64,000 nucleotides of DNA, taken from NCBI GenBank assembly GCA_039923935.1, contig JBDTBU010000195.1, positions 1,843 through 65,842 of the forward strand, read 5' to 3'. This document shows positions 1-9,881 of this stretch, one piece after another (within the stretch, counting starts at the first letter, position 1; the number at the start of each line of letters is the position of its first letter). The notes beneath the pieces are model-generated. The model was not told where the DNA came from and searched no databases. It worked only from the letters and a program-made list of their open reading frames with translations. This DNA comes from Ktedonobacteraceae bacterium. Its GTDB lineage: Bacteria; Chloroflexota; Ktedonobacteria; Ktedonobacterales; Ktedonobacteraceae. The position numbers were made by a program, and so were the translations under genes.

Positions 1-3000
1 TTTCTGGACCTGCTGAAACGTGTACGCGAGGCAGCGATAGGCGCATATGAACACCAGGATATTCCTTTTGAGAAACTTGTGGAAAGCCTTCAGCCAAACC
101 GCAACCTGAGTCATAATCCTCTCACTCAGGTAATGTTCGCTTTGCAAAATGTGCCACAAGAAGAAGTACATCTACCCAACCTCAGTTTTGTAACACTGAG
201 TAACGTGGAAAACACACTTATAACTGGTGTGGGGGGGGCTACTACTGGTCACGAGAGTCAGCTTCATCGTGCGATATCTGAGAATAAAACGGCGATGTTC
301 GACCTAGACATGACCTTTTGGGAGCGGGGAGACAAGCTGGTTGCCGAACTCAAGTACAATACTGATCTGTTCGAGCCTGAGACTATCGACCGTTTGCAGG
401 AGCATTTTCTCACGTTACTTGAAAGCCTTGTTGCAGACCCGACGCAGCGAATCAGGGATACCTCGCTGCTTTCGATCCAGGAACGGACGCTGCTGATTGA
501 AGAGTGGAACGCAACCGAAACTCCCTATCCCCTCGATCAGCTTTTCCATGAATTTGTGATGGAGCAAGCCCAATCTACTCCCACGGCTCTGGCGGTCAGT
601 GATGGTCAGGAACAGCTCTCCTACCAGGAATTGCTAACGCGTGCAGAGCACTTGGCTGCTCATTTGCAAGCACTGGGTATTCAAGCGGAGCAAGAGCAAC
701 TGCTGGGGCTTTACATGGAGCGTTCGGTATCCTGGGCTGTGACTGTGTTGGCTATTATGCTGGCAGGCGGGGTCTATCTACCGTTAGACCCGCATCACCC
801 CTCAAGCCGCCTGCGCTATGTCCTGCAACACGCAGGCTGTCAACGGGTACTGACGACGCGTGCACAGGCGACCCGGCTTGGTGATCTGCTGGATGCTCCA
901 ACTTCTGTGCAGGTGTATTGTGTGGAGGATCTGGCGACACAGAAAGCTTGCGAGGCGTATCAACCGGTATGTTATGCAGGGGAGCATCTAGCGTATGTCA
1001 TCTACACCTCAGGTTCTACAGGCATGCCCAAAGGTGTGATGATCGAACACAAAGGTATGCTCAATCATCTGCTTGCCAAAGTTGAGGCGCTAGAGTTGAG
1101 TGCGCAAGATATCGTCGCACAGACAGCCTCCCATTGCTTTGATATCTCTGTTTGGCAACTCCTGGCAGCCTGGCTGGTCGGCGGGCAAGTACGTATCTAT
1201 CCTGAGCAGATAGCCATCGACCCAGAGGCGCTCCTTCAGCAGACCGAGGCCGATGCTGTCAGTGTCATTGAGGTTGTGCCATCGTTATTGCGTGCGATGT
1301 TAGATCTGCTCGATCTGGCCTCCAGTGAACAGCGTCCATCTCTGCTCGACCTGCGTTGGATGATCCCAACTGGTGAAATCCTGGGCACAGATCTGGTACA
1401 ACGTTGGCTACACTATTACCCGCATATTCCTTTGCTTAACGCCTATGGGCCAACAGAGTGCTCTGATGATGTGACACATCATATGATTGCTGAGTCACTA
1501 GAGCCTGAAGCATTAGGACGTGCTGTGCCTATTGGTCGCGCATTACCCAATCTGCGGCTGTATGTGCTTGATATCCAACAACGGCCCCAACCTGTTGGTC
1601 TATGGGGTGAAATCTATGTCGGAGGTGTAGGGGTTGGGCGTGGCTACCTAGCTGATCCCGTGCGTACTGCTCAGAGTTTTGTACCTGATCCCTGGGGGTC
1701 GATGGTTGGAGGTCGTCTGTATCGAACAGGTGATCTAGCCCGGTATCGTGCTGATGGAAATCTTGAGTTTCTCGGTCGTGTGGATCACCAAGTGAAGTTG
1801 CGTGGTTATCGAATTGAATTGGGCGAGATAGAACAGGTTTTGCATTCACATACAGGGGTACGTGAAAGTATTGTGCTTGTGCGCGAGGATGAGCCTGGTC
1901 GTCAGCGGTTGGTCGCTTATATTGTGCCCCAGCCTGGGGAGAACCCTGAGTTAGAGGATCTCCAGCGCATTGCCCGTGAAGCGTTACCCGAATATATGAT
2001 CCCCTCAGCTTTCGTGCAACTTGAAGCGTTCCCTTTAACGCCAAATGGGAAACTGAATCGCCAGGCACTGCCTCTACCCGCTGAACAGGATGCTGGCCAG
2101 GCACACGAAGACTATGTTGCGCCGCGTACTCCTCTAGAGAAACAATTAGTGGATCTCTGGAGCACATTACTGGGTGTTGAGCGTGTTGGAATCTCTGATG
2201 ACTTTTTCGCTTTAGGAGGGCATTCACTGTTAACAGTCCGCCTAGTAAGCGAGATTGAAAAGCTGTTTGGGAAGCGTCTGCCGTTAGCCTCGATCTTCCA
2301 GGGTCGCACCGTGGATGCGCTAGCCCAACTCCTGAGCCGTTCTTCTGAATCTGCTTCACCCTGGTCGCTGGTACTTGAGATGCAGCCTCAAAAGAGGGAT
2401 CTCCCCGCCGAAGCCATGCTTGACCTGACGGATTGTCCAGAAGTTTGGCCGGACGAGTTCAATACCGAGCCAGCAAATATTTTGCTGACTGGTGCAACAG
2501 GCTTCTTGGGAACCTTTCTGCTAGCTGATTTGCTCAAATATACCAAGGCAGATATCTACTGCCTCGTGCGTGCTAAGAATGGAGAACAGGCGAGGCAACG
2601 GTTGCAGGCGAGCCTGGAAGGCGCGTTACAGTGGCAACCGGAGTTTAGCACCAGAATAAAGCCTGTGATTGGTGACCTAGCCCTCCCACGGCTTGGTCTG
2701 TCTGAGCAGATGCAGGAGGAACTAGCTCAACGCATTGACACTATCTACCACAATGGTGCTCAGGTCAATATGTTGTATCCCTATGAGGAGTTGAAGGCCG
2801 CGAATGTGCAAGGTACCCGTGAGATCCTCAGCCTAGCAACGAGGTATAGAGTCAAACCAGTGCACTATATTTCCACCTTGAGCGTCTTCCCACATAAAGG
2901 GGAGACACGTCTACAGTATGTGCGTGAGCAGGATTCGCTTGATGATTTTCACGAGCATGTACGTGGTGGCTATGGTCAGAGCAAATGGGTAGCAGAGAAG

Positions 3001-3603
3001 ATCGTGGCTATTGCTCGCTCGCGGGGATTGCCTGTCGTCGTGTACCGGCCAGGTCGGATTACTGGTCATAGCCAGAGCGGTTTCTGGCGATCTGAGGATA
3101 TCCTGTACCGGATGATGAAGGGTTGCCTCCAGCTTGGCATGTGCCCCATGTTCCCGACGGATAACACGCTGGAAATGACGCCAGTGGATTTCGCGAGCCA
3201 GGCAATTGTTGCTCTATCCAGGCGGAAATCTTCTCTTGGCCAAGCCTTCCATATCTGTTGTCCACCAGGAGCAGAAGCGCGGATTAACGATATCATGAAC
3301 TGGATTACCACTGCTGGCTATCCACTCCAACAAATACCGTATGAAGAGTGGTTCGAGGAGCTGTCTCGCGTGGTCAGTCAGGGACAAAAAAATGAGTTAG
3401 CGGACATTCTGCCTCTGCTCCCTCAGCCTAGTCAATCATCGCAGGAGGCCAAGCAGCCCTTGATGATAGTGCAAGATAACAGGTATACTGTGAAGACACT
3501 GGCCCGCGCTTCGATTACCTGTCCTTCTGTCGATCAGAATTTGCTGCGTACATACGTGTCGTATATGGCGCAAGACAGTTTCATACAAAGTATCACCCAT
3601 TAG
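1..3603 (+). CDS. Non-ribosomal peptide synthetase, last module (C-domain tail, A, PCP, terminal thioester reductase); 5' end lies outside the window
   Basis: Frame 1 is open from nt 1 (FLDLLKRVREAAIGAYEHQDIPFEKLVE, a C-domain C-terminal motif). A-domain cores present: LAYVIYTSGSTGMPKGV, NAYGPTECS, YRTGDLARY, GRVDHQVKLRGYRIELGEIE, PNGKLNR. PCP motif DDFFALGGHSLL (Ser codon 2224-2226). R domain has ILLTGATGFLGTFLL (NAD(P) binding) and YGQSKWVAE (YxxxK). Confidence 0.95.
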   Translation, partial: FLDLLKRVREAAIGAYEHQDIPFEKLVESLQPNRNLSHNPLTQVMFALQNVPQEEVHLPNLSFVTLSNVENTLITGVGGATTGHESQLHRAISENKTAMFDLDMTFWERGDKLVAELKYNTDLFEPETIDRLQEHFLTLLESLVADPTQRIRDTSLLSIQERTLLIEEWNATETPYPLDQLFHEFVMEQAQSTPTALAVSDGQEQLSYQELLTRAEHLAAHLQALGIQAEQEQLLGLYMERSVSWAVTVLAIMLAGGVYLPLDPHHPSSRLRYVLQHAGCQRVLTTRAQATRLGDLLDAPTSVQVYCVEDLATQKACEAYQPVCYAGEHLAYVIYTSGSTGMPKGVMIEHKGMLNHLLAKVEALELSAQDIVAQTASHCFDISVWQLLAAWLVGGQVRIYPEQIAIDPEALLQQTEADAVSVIEVVPSLLRAMLDLLDLASSEQRPSLLDLRWMIPTGEILGTDLVQRWLHYYPHIPLLNAYGPTECSDDVTHHMIAESLEPEALGRAVPIGRALPNLRLYVLDIQQRPQPVGLWGEIYVGGVGVGRGYLADPVRTAQSFVPDPWGSMVGGRLYRTGDLARYRADGNLEFLGRVDHQVKLRGYRIELGEIEQVLHSHTGVRESIVLVREDEPGRQRLVAYIVPQPGENPELEDLQRIAREALPEYMIPSAFVQLEAFPLTPNGKLNRQALPLPAEQDAGQAHEDYVAPRTPLEKQLVDLWSTLLGVERVGISDDFFALGGHSLLTVRLVSEIEKLFGKRLPLASIFQGRTVDALAQLLSRSSESASPWSLVLEMQPQKRDLPAEAMLDLTDCPEVWPDEFNTEPANILLTGATGFLGTFLLADLLKYTKADIYCLVRAKNGEQARQRLQASLEGALQWQPEFSTRIKPVIGDLALPRLGLSEQMQEELAQRIDTIYHNGAQVNMLYPYEELKAANVQGTREILSLATRYRVKPVHYISTLSVFPHKGETRLQYVREQDSLDDFHEHVRGGYGQSKWVAEKIVAIARSRGLPVVVYRPGRITGHSQSGFWRSEDILYRMMKGCLQLGMCPMFPTDNTLEMTPVDFASQAIVALSRRKSSLGQAFHICCPPGAEARINDIMNWITTAGYPLQQIPYEEWFEELSRVVSQGQKNELADILPLLPQPSQSSQEAKQPLMIVQDNRYTVKTLARASITCPSVDQNLLRTYVSYMAQDSFIQSITH

Positions 3604-3637
3604 AGTAATGTTGTAATAGAAAAGAGGAACGAGACGA

Positions 3638-4036
3638 ATGAATCAGCAAAGCCAGCACGAGGAAAATGTCCGTGCGTACCATGGTGAAGGTGAGTATAGC
3701 GCTCCTGGACCAGGAGCGCAGGATGAGAGCTATGCTTATACGCCACAACTCTCTAGAAGCGACGTTGAAGAACGCTTTCAGCCACATGAAGAGTGGAGAC
3801 AAAAAGCCAGCATGGCCCAGCCAGATTTCAGGCAGTCGCTCTCCGCTGGCCAGCGACTAGCCATGGCTATCGTTTCGGTTTCAATACTAGTACCCTTGGT
3901 AGCGATTCTGATTACTGCTGATGTTTCCAGTGAGAATGCTGGCAACCCGCTGCTCATTGGAAGTCGCTTGATAGCGCTGCTCCTGGTCTGCCTGACAATT
4001 ATGGTTGTGAATCTGGCCTTTAACAGGCGTCGTTGA
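3638..4036 (+). CDS. Hypothetical small membrane protein (polar N-terminus, two C-terminal hydrophobic helices)
   Basis: 132-aa ORF 35 nt after the NRPS stop, preceded by aaagaggaacgagacgaATG. Hydrophobic stretches LAMAIVSVSILVPLVAILI and LIALLLVCLTIMVVNL. No recognisable family. Confidence 0.4.
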   Translation: MNQQSQHEENVRAYHGEGEYSAPGPGAQDESYAYTPQLSRSDVEERFQPHEEWRQKASMAQPDFRQSLSAGQRLAMAIVSVSILVPLVAILITADVSSENAGNPLLIGSRLIALLLVCLTIMVVNLAFNRRR

Positions 4037-4076
4037 TGGCCTTTTTAGGGAGTAGATACTACGAGCTGACACGTTG

Positions 4077-5015
4077 CTATGCTAGCACTGGGATGCCGGG
4101 TAATTCGATCTCCAGACCGATCACTTTGAGTTTCTTGCGTAGCGAGTCACGTCCGTAACGAAAAGATTTCCAGGGGTCATCCCCTTCTGCCAGCATACGC
4201 TGAATCAACTCATCGGGGAGTGTGAGACCTTCAAACGCAATGGGTGCATAGTAGTTGATCGCGTCACGAATCACGCTGGCATAGGAAGCATCGCGCTGGA
4301 GCATATCGCGCAGAAAACGCACGCCGAATAACACATGGCGCGATTCATCACGTGTTAAGGCAGCCATACCGGCGCAGAGTGAAGGGAAGATATGCTCCTC
4401 GCGGAACCGTTCGAGCAGAGCACGTTGACCAGCCAGGGCCATAGTTCCTTCTATGATGAGATGATAGAGCACAACTCCCTCAATCAAGTGGGTAAGGTTC
4501 TGTGGTTCCTGACGAATGCGATTAGCGGTCTCTGGAAGGGCTTCGAGCAGGATATAGCGTGTAGCCGGATTAATGTGCTGCCGTGCGATAGCTAACGATT
4601 CTTCCAGGCTGGTGGCATCAATCTCTAGAACATCGTGGAAAAAACGGTCAAAAAACACAGTATGGCGAGCCTCATCGACAAGCTGGGTTGTGAGATAGAT
4701 GCGCATTTCCTCATCGGGAGCTGCCAACACATAAGGAGCCAGAGCATCAGTGACACAAGCTTCGCCTTGGAAGAAGGTAGCAAGCGTCGCCACATGACTT
4801 GCGCGTTCTTCTTCGGACATATCTTCCCACTGAATGCGATCAGCGATAAAATCAATCTCTTGTGATTGCCACTGCTGGCGTTCCCAACGATAGTAGAGTT
4901 CTCGGTAGGTTGGCAGGTGTACCAGCCCCTGGTCGATACTCTGCAGAATTTCAGCCACAGAGACATCCTGTAACTGTTCCAGGTTGGCATCATCGGCTGA
5001 TATTTCTATAGACAT
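4077..5015 (-). CDS. Ferritin-like di-iron carboxylate protein (RNR R2-like / R2lox-like oxidase)
   Basis: Four-helix di-iron ligand pattern E...EXXH...E...EXXH: FFQGEAC, VDEARH, IIEGTMA, TRDESRH. GGAGAAT Shine-Dalgarno before the ATG. Last gene of the minus-strand operon with the thioesterase and ABC genes. Confidence 0.7.
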   Translation of the reverse strand: MSIEISADDANLEQLQDVSVAEILQSIDQGLVHLPTYRELYYRWERQQWQSQEIDFIADRIQWEDMSEEERASHVATLATFFQGEACVTDALAPYVLAAPDEEMRIYLTTQLVDEARHTVFFDRFFHDVLEIDATSLEESLAIARQHINPATRYILLEALPETANRIRQEPQNLTHLIEGVVLYHLIIEGTMALAGQRALLERFREEHIFPSLCAGMAALTRDESRHVLFGVRFLRDMLQRDASYASVIRDAINYYAPIAFEGLTLPDELIQRMLAEGDDPWKSFRYGRDSLRKKLKVIGLEIELPGIPVLA

Positions 5016-5023
5016 AGATTCTC

Positions 5024-5815
5024 CTATAAACTGGCCCCCAAAGGGACATCAGCAGTCTTTGTCACTAGGGCTTGGGAGATGATTTGTAAGACGGCTGCTT
5101 GTGCTGGTCGAATAAAGAGATGGTTACCAAGCAACATATGAGTGGCGAAGTCCTGGCTGGTCTGTTTACGCCACGTTTCAAGCTTCGCCTGTTGTACACG
5201 TTTATCCTGCTGACCACCTAGCACAGTAATAGGGCAAGCAAGCGGCTCCTGAGCATGAAATTGATAGGATTCACAGACTGCGAAATCGGCACGTAGGATA
5301 GGTAACAAGAGTTGTCGCAGTTCTTCGTTTGCCAGAATCTCCGGGCTAGTCCCATCTAGTTCGAGCAACGTCTTCATCAGTGCGGAATCAGAGAGCGCAG
5401 ACTCAGGAAGTGCCTGACGCGGCTCATCAGAAGGTGTCTCAGGGGAGCGGTAGGCCGAGAGAAACAGGTGTTCAGGCAAACGAGCCCCTTGCTGGCGCAG
5501 TTGGCGCGTGAGTTCAAAACTGACGAGGGCACCCATGCTGTGGCCAAAGAAGGCATAAGGCATGTCGAAGTAGGGTTGGAGAGCCTGTGCCAACGCTTGA
5601 ATCAGTCCATCAAGACGTCGCAAGGGTGGCTCCTTGACCCGATTCTCGCGTCCCGGAAACTGCACTGGATAGACATCAATCTCTGGTGCAAGGAGGCTAA
5701 TCCAGGGGTAGTACGTAGAAGCACCACCCCCTGCGAAAGGAAAACAGAACAGGCGTACGCGGGCGGCTGGATTGGGCCTGGCACCGAAGATCCAGTTCTT
5801 TGTAGGAGGGATCAT
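5024..5815 (-). CDS. Type II thioesterase (alpha/beta hydrolase, NRPS/PKS editing type)
   Basis: LFCFPFAGGGAS N-terminal motif, GHSMGALVSFE nucleophile elbow (GxSxG), C-terminal GNHLF His motif. Start placed at ATG 5815 (AAGGAAAG upstream). Alternative starts 5836 and 5854 overlap the upstream permease stop. Confidence 0.85.
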   Translation of the reverse strand: MIPPTKNWIFGARPNPAARVRLFCFPFAGGGASTYYPWISLLAPEIDVYPVQFPGRENRVKEPPLRRLDGLIQALAQALQPYFDMPYAFFGHSMGALVSFELTRQLRQQGARLPEHLFLSAYRSPETPSDEPRQALPESALSDSALMKTLLELDGTSPEILANEELRQLLLPILRADFAVCESYQFHAQEPLACPITVLGGQQDKRVQQAKLETWRKQTSQDFATHMLLGNHLFIRPAQAAVLQIISQALVTKTADVPLGASL

Positions 5816-5828
5816 ACTATTGCTTTCC

Positions 5829-8183
5829 TTACTCATAACGCAGTGTCTGGGCAATCTTCACACGCGTTGCGGCGAAGACTGGGCCAATACATGCCAGCGA
5901 GGCCAGTACGAAGATGGCCACCAACATCCAGATCAGGTAGAAAGGATTGAAAGCGAAGGGCACTGGTGCCAAAAGTTTGGCCTGAATCTGCAAGAGACCC
6001 CAGGAAGCTGGGAAGCCCAAGATTAAAGCGAGCACCCAGGCCAGGCCACCGAGTGTGACCCCCTCGGCCCAGAAAACCTGTGCCACTTTTCTGCTCGCCG
6101 CGCCCATTGAGCGCAAAATGCCGATTTCACGCCGCTTTTCTAGAACACTCATCACCAGGGCATTGGCCAAACCAACCGAGCCAACCAGCGCGATAATAAT
6201 TGCCACAAGGTCGAGCAAGGTATAGATGGTCTGGTATTTGCTCTGGGCCTGTGCAATCTGGTTTTGTGCTGTGGTAATGTTTGCTAATAGCCCGGCATTG
6301 CTCATGGCTGCATCAACCCGATGGGCCAGAGCATCAATGTCTGCCTGTGTGGGAGCATGGATAGTCGATTGGATCATCACTTTCTGTGAATAGTCGCCAG
6401 GCATATTGAAGAGCGCATTAATCTGGGTAATTGGCGCGAGCAGGACACCAAAGTTGCCAGGACCGATATTGCTAAAGTCGCGGGCAACACCTATAATATG
6501 CCATTGGACTGTGTGCAGGCCAAGGGAAAAGGTAATGGTATCGCCGATTTTCAGCCCAGACTTATCTGCGGCATCCTGACTGATGATAACCGCGTTCTTG
6601 TCGTCATTGGTAAACCAGCGTCCAGCAGAGATGTCCCGCTGGTAGAGTTGGGTGTCGAGCTGCACTCCGGTGAGCGCGGCATCGCCCCAATGTGTTGTGG
6701 CCTTATCCTGACTGAAGCTCTCGATGCGTCCTACGCCTGGTACGGATGAGAGAACTTGCTGGAAGCGACTGAGCGGGATTGCGTCGTCTAGTGAGACCAT
6801 TGTATCAAAGTGATACACGGTGTAGACCTGGTTCAAGAAGGTGTTAAACGAATAGTTGGCTGTCTGCACTGCCAGAAACGCTGCGCCAGAAACCCCCAGG
6901 ATCAGCAGGGTCAGTCCCGTGCGCAAGCGTTTGCGAAAGACACCACGCGTGCCAAATTGGAAGGTCTGAGGCAACCACCCAAAAAGAGCACGTGCGATTG
7001 TGCTCCAACCACGATCCCCCTGGTTAGCAGTATTTTCCAAGCCGTAGCCGCTCAGGGCTTGCTTCACGGTTATACGTGTTCCCAAGTACACGGGTATCAG
7101 CGCAGCGAGCAAAGGTGTGCCGATGCCAACGATTGCCGCTTCAAGAATCTGCCAGGGCGCAACCTGGAGCGGCCCAATATCTAGAGAAACCAGCTTTCCC
7201 AAGTACTGGGCCAGCAAGTAGCCACCCGCAGTGCCTACTACGATACCAAGTGCAGTACCGATGATAGCATACACGCTGACCAGTGCGAGATAGTGACGCA
7301 TAATCTTGCCACGTCCGCCTCCAACGGCCTTCATGGTTCCAATGGCCTGAACCTGTTCTGTAATCAGAGCCATGATAGTACCTAAGAGCAAAATGACGCT
7401 TAGCAGGATAGCGATGACCGAAAGGACGTCCATAATCCCAAACAGACCATTGGCAATCTGGGAAACGCTATCGTCGCGTCCGACATTGGAGCCAAGAATG
7501 GGCGTCTTGTGCTGATCCATTACTTGCGAAAGCTGGGTCAGCGTTTGATAGCGTTGGTCATAGTTTTCGACACGTAGGGCGAAATTGGTCACGCCTGAAC
7601 GATTGAAAAACGTCTCAAAGGATGGTTCATTCATATACCCATAAGCACGGCCAGCCAGAGCGACCTGAGGAAGCCCCTGAGTGACCTCAAAGCCTGAGAT
7701 GGTCAGAGGCTTATAGGTGGTGCCTACTTGGATTGAGACGGTATCGCCGATATGGATATTCGTGAGTGTGTGATCACTTTCATCCAGGATGACCTGGCCT
7801 GGTCCAGGCAGGTGTCCTTCAACAAGCTTGAAACGCCCGATCTTCATCTGCTCGAAGTCGAGGATGCCCAGAACCTGGATTACTTTGTGATCCTGGCCGA
7901 TAGCCCAGCTTGTGACAATGCTACCCTGAGCCTGGACGCTTAACACATTGGGCTGCTGTTGAATGATAGCGGCCAAATTCGGTGAGGTTGGCGCAGTGTA
8001 GATCTGCATATCGGCTTGAGATGTGATGTTTGAGCTAAATTCCAGGCTGCTTTTGAACTGGCTTGAAGCAATGTTAATTGCTGATAGGCCAATAATCCCG
8101 ATGGCAATGCCGATCACTGTGAGAAGCGTGCGTGCTTTTCTATGTGAAATGTCCCGAAAAACTTTCTTTCGTAACGCGGTCAT
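5829..8183 (-). CDS. ABC transporter permease, MacB/FtsX type with two FtsX domains
   Basis: 784 aa. N-terminal RKARTLLTVIGIAIGI helix, large extracytoplasmic domains, and two C-terminal 3-TM FtsX-like blocks including EKRREIGILRSMGA. Directly downstream of a MacB-type ATPase. Confidence 0.85.
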   Translation of the reverse strand: MTALRKKVFRDISHRKARTLLTVIGIAIGIIGLSAINIASSQFKSSLEFSSNITSQADMQIYTAPTSPNLAAIIQQQPNVLSVQAQGSIVTSWAIGQDHKVIQVLGILDFEQMKIGRFKLVEGHLPGPGQVILDESDHTLTNIHIGDTVSIQVGTTYKPLTISGFEVTQGLPQVALAGRAYGYMNEPSFETFFNRSGVTNFALRVENYDQRYQTLTQLSQVMDQHKTPILGSNVGRDDSVSQIANGLFGIMDVLSVIAILLSVILLLGTIMALITEQVQAIGTMKAVGGGRGKIMRHYLALVSVYAIIGTALGIVVGTAGGYLLAQYLGKLVSLDIGPLQVAPWQILEAAIVGIGTPLLAALIPVYLGTRITVKQALSGYGLENTANQGDRGWSTIARALFGWLPQTFQFGTRGVFRKRLRTGLTLLILGVSGAAFLAVQTANYSFNTFLNQVYTVYHFDTMVSLDDAIPLSRFQQVLSSVPGVGRIESFSQDKATTHWGDAALTGVQLDTQLYQRDISAGRWFTNDDKNAVIISQDAADKSGLKIGDTITFSLGLHTVQWHIIGVARDFSNIGPGNFGVLLAPITQINALFNMPGDYSQKVMIQSTIHAPTQADIDALAHRVDAAMSNAGLLANITTAQNQIAQAQSKYQTIYTLLDLVAIIIALVGSVGLANALVMSVLEKRREIGILRSMGAASRKVAQVFWAEGVTLGGLAWVLALILGFPASWGLLQIQAKLLAPVPFAFNPFYLIWMLVAIFVLASLACIGPVFAATRVKIAQTLRYE

Positions 8184-8220
8184 AAAAGTACCTCCCTAGG
8201 AAACTCCTCCGGCATGGAGA

Positions 8221-8958
8221 TTAAGATGACACGTCACGTCGATTGACAATCCGGCCATCAAGAAGATCGATACCACCATCGGCACGCTGGGCTAGGTCAC
8301 GATCATGCGTCACATAGATGATGGTTTTCCCCTGGCGACCCAAATCTGCTAGTAAGTCGAAGACCTGCTGCGCGTTCTGGGAATCCAGATTGCCAGTCGG
8401 TTCATCAGCTACCAACACCGGTGGGTTATTCACCAGGGCACGCGCAATGGCGACGCGTTGTTGCTGCCCTCCCGAAAGCTCGCTGGGCAGGCGCTTCATA
8501 TACTGCTCCATCCCGACCAGTTGCAGACATTCCTCGGTACGCACGCGCCACTGGCGACGGGGTAGCACTTGCCCCAGTTCGAGCGCCATCAATACATTCT
8601 CCTGGGCTGTCAATGTGGGCAAGAGTTGGAAGAACTGAAAGACAATGCCAACATTGTGGCCACGCCACTTTGCTAGACGATTCTCGCTCATCTTCTGCAG
8701 AACTTTGCCGTCAAAGAGCACCTGACCTGAACTAGCACTGTCGATGCCAGTCAAGATGTTGAGGAGCGTTGATTTGCCACTGCCTGACGGTCCATTGATA
8801 GAAAAAAGTGTCCCTTTTGGGATCGAGAAGGAGAGAGCATCAAGGATCACTGTTTTGGTGAAACGACTTGTAATCACCTTTGAAACATTCTCAACGCTGA
8901 CCTGAATCGTATCAGCAGCTTGTGCACTATGTGCAGGTGGAGGTCCAACAGTTGCCAT
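8221..8958 (-). CDS. ABC transporter ATP-binding protein (MacB/LolD-like)
   Basis: Walker [13 protein letters not shown], signature [15 protein letters not shown], Walker [14 protein letters not shown]-loop YVTHD. Confidence 0.92.
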   Translation of the reverse strand: MATVGPPPAHSAQAADTIQVSVENVSKVITSRFTKTVILDALSFSIPKGTLFSINGPSGSGKSTLLNILTGIDSASSGQVLFDGKVLQKMSENRLAKWRGHNVGIVFQFFQLLPTLTAQENVLMALELGQVLPRRQWRVRTEECLQLVGMEQYMKRLPSELSGGQQQRVAIARALVNNPPVLVADEPTGNLDSQNAQQVFDLLADLGRQGKTIIYVTHDRDLAQRADGGIDLLDGRIVNRRDVSS

Positions 8959-9092
8959 ATAGTATTCCTTTCTTGCTTAGAGTCTTCTTGCACGTTCGAG
9001 AGTCAACTCACTGACGGCTATCGAGGTAGCCTTCAAACGTTTACCAACATTGTCCTCTGTCCTTCCTTGGAAGGGAAAATGTCCTTCTGATG

Positions 9093-9881
9093 CTAGTACT
9101 GGCTCAGGGAACCCTGTTGCTTGGCAACCCGTTCACTGTATTTGAAGAGCACCCATCCGATAATCAAGTACACGGAGGAGTTCACAATTAACCAGATCAG
9201 ACTCTTATTATCCCACACTGTTATAAGCGATTGCCCGTTTAATAAGACATTGCGCAACACATCGATGCCCTGCGTAATGGGGAGTGTTCTGGCAAAAAAC
9301 GCCAGCCAGGGTGGGAAGTGAGTAATTGGCAGAAGGGAGCCAGTTAGGAAGAGTAGCGCATTCTGGATGAGATCGGCGAGCGCATCAACCTGTTTAAAGA
9401 TCAGAGTCAGTCCACCAAGGATGAGGGCGAAGCCGAAAAGTCCAGCCAAAGTCAAGCCCATAATCACCAGGCCTTCCCAACGCAGAGGAATGGAAATACC
9501 AAGGAGCAGGGCCAACGCAATGCTTGTCAACAAAACCATGATGGTTGTGGTGAGTAAGGTAGCCAGAACACGCCCTAAAATCAGTATCTCCGTGCGTGCG
9601 GGCGTCATGTACATCTGCTCAAGTGTGCCCGCCTGAGCTTCCCCAACGAGGTCCGCACCAGTGCTCATAATGATGATACGTGCATAGAGCCAGACGACAT
9701 AGCCAAGAAACAGCACGGTTAATTGTTGGGGATTGAATTGACCATTGCCCAGAAAAAAGCTCGCACCAACGAAAATGATGCCAATCACCAACAGTTGAGT
9801 GAGAACGTTAAATTTGTAATCCCAGATGATTAAGAAACGTTTGTACGTTTCATTGAACATAGCTAGCAATGAGATGCTCAT
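9093..9881 (-). CDS. ABC-2 type transporter permease
   Basis: Six hydrophobic helices, about 262 aa from ATG 9881 (MSISLLAMFNETYKRF). The start overlaps the end of the upstream ATPase by 32 nt. The longer 323-aa reading adds a non-membrane N-terminal extension and was not used. Confidence 0.75.
   Translation of the reverse strand: MSISLLAMFNETYKRFLIIWDYKFNVLTQLLVIGIIFVGASFFLGNGQFNPQQLTVLFLGYVVWLYARIIIMSTGADLVGEAQAGTLEQMYMTPARTEILILGRVLATLLTTTIMVLLTSIALALLLGISIPLRWEGLVIMGLTLAGLFGFALILGGLTLIFKQVDALADLIQNALLFLTGSLLPITHFPPWLAFFARTLPITQGIDVLRNVLLNGQSLITVWDNKSLIWLIVNSSVYLIIGWVLFKYSERVAKQQGSLSQY

Noticed and set aside
1529-2359. 276-aa minus-strand ORF
   Set aside because: It is antisense within the NRPS A/PCP region. 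It has no motifs and the biased composition of a shadow ORF.
5468-5950. 160-aa plus-strand ORF
   Set aside because: It is antisense to the thioesterase and the end of the FtsX permease. No motifs were seen.
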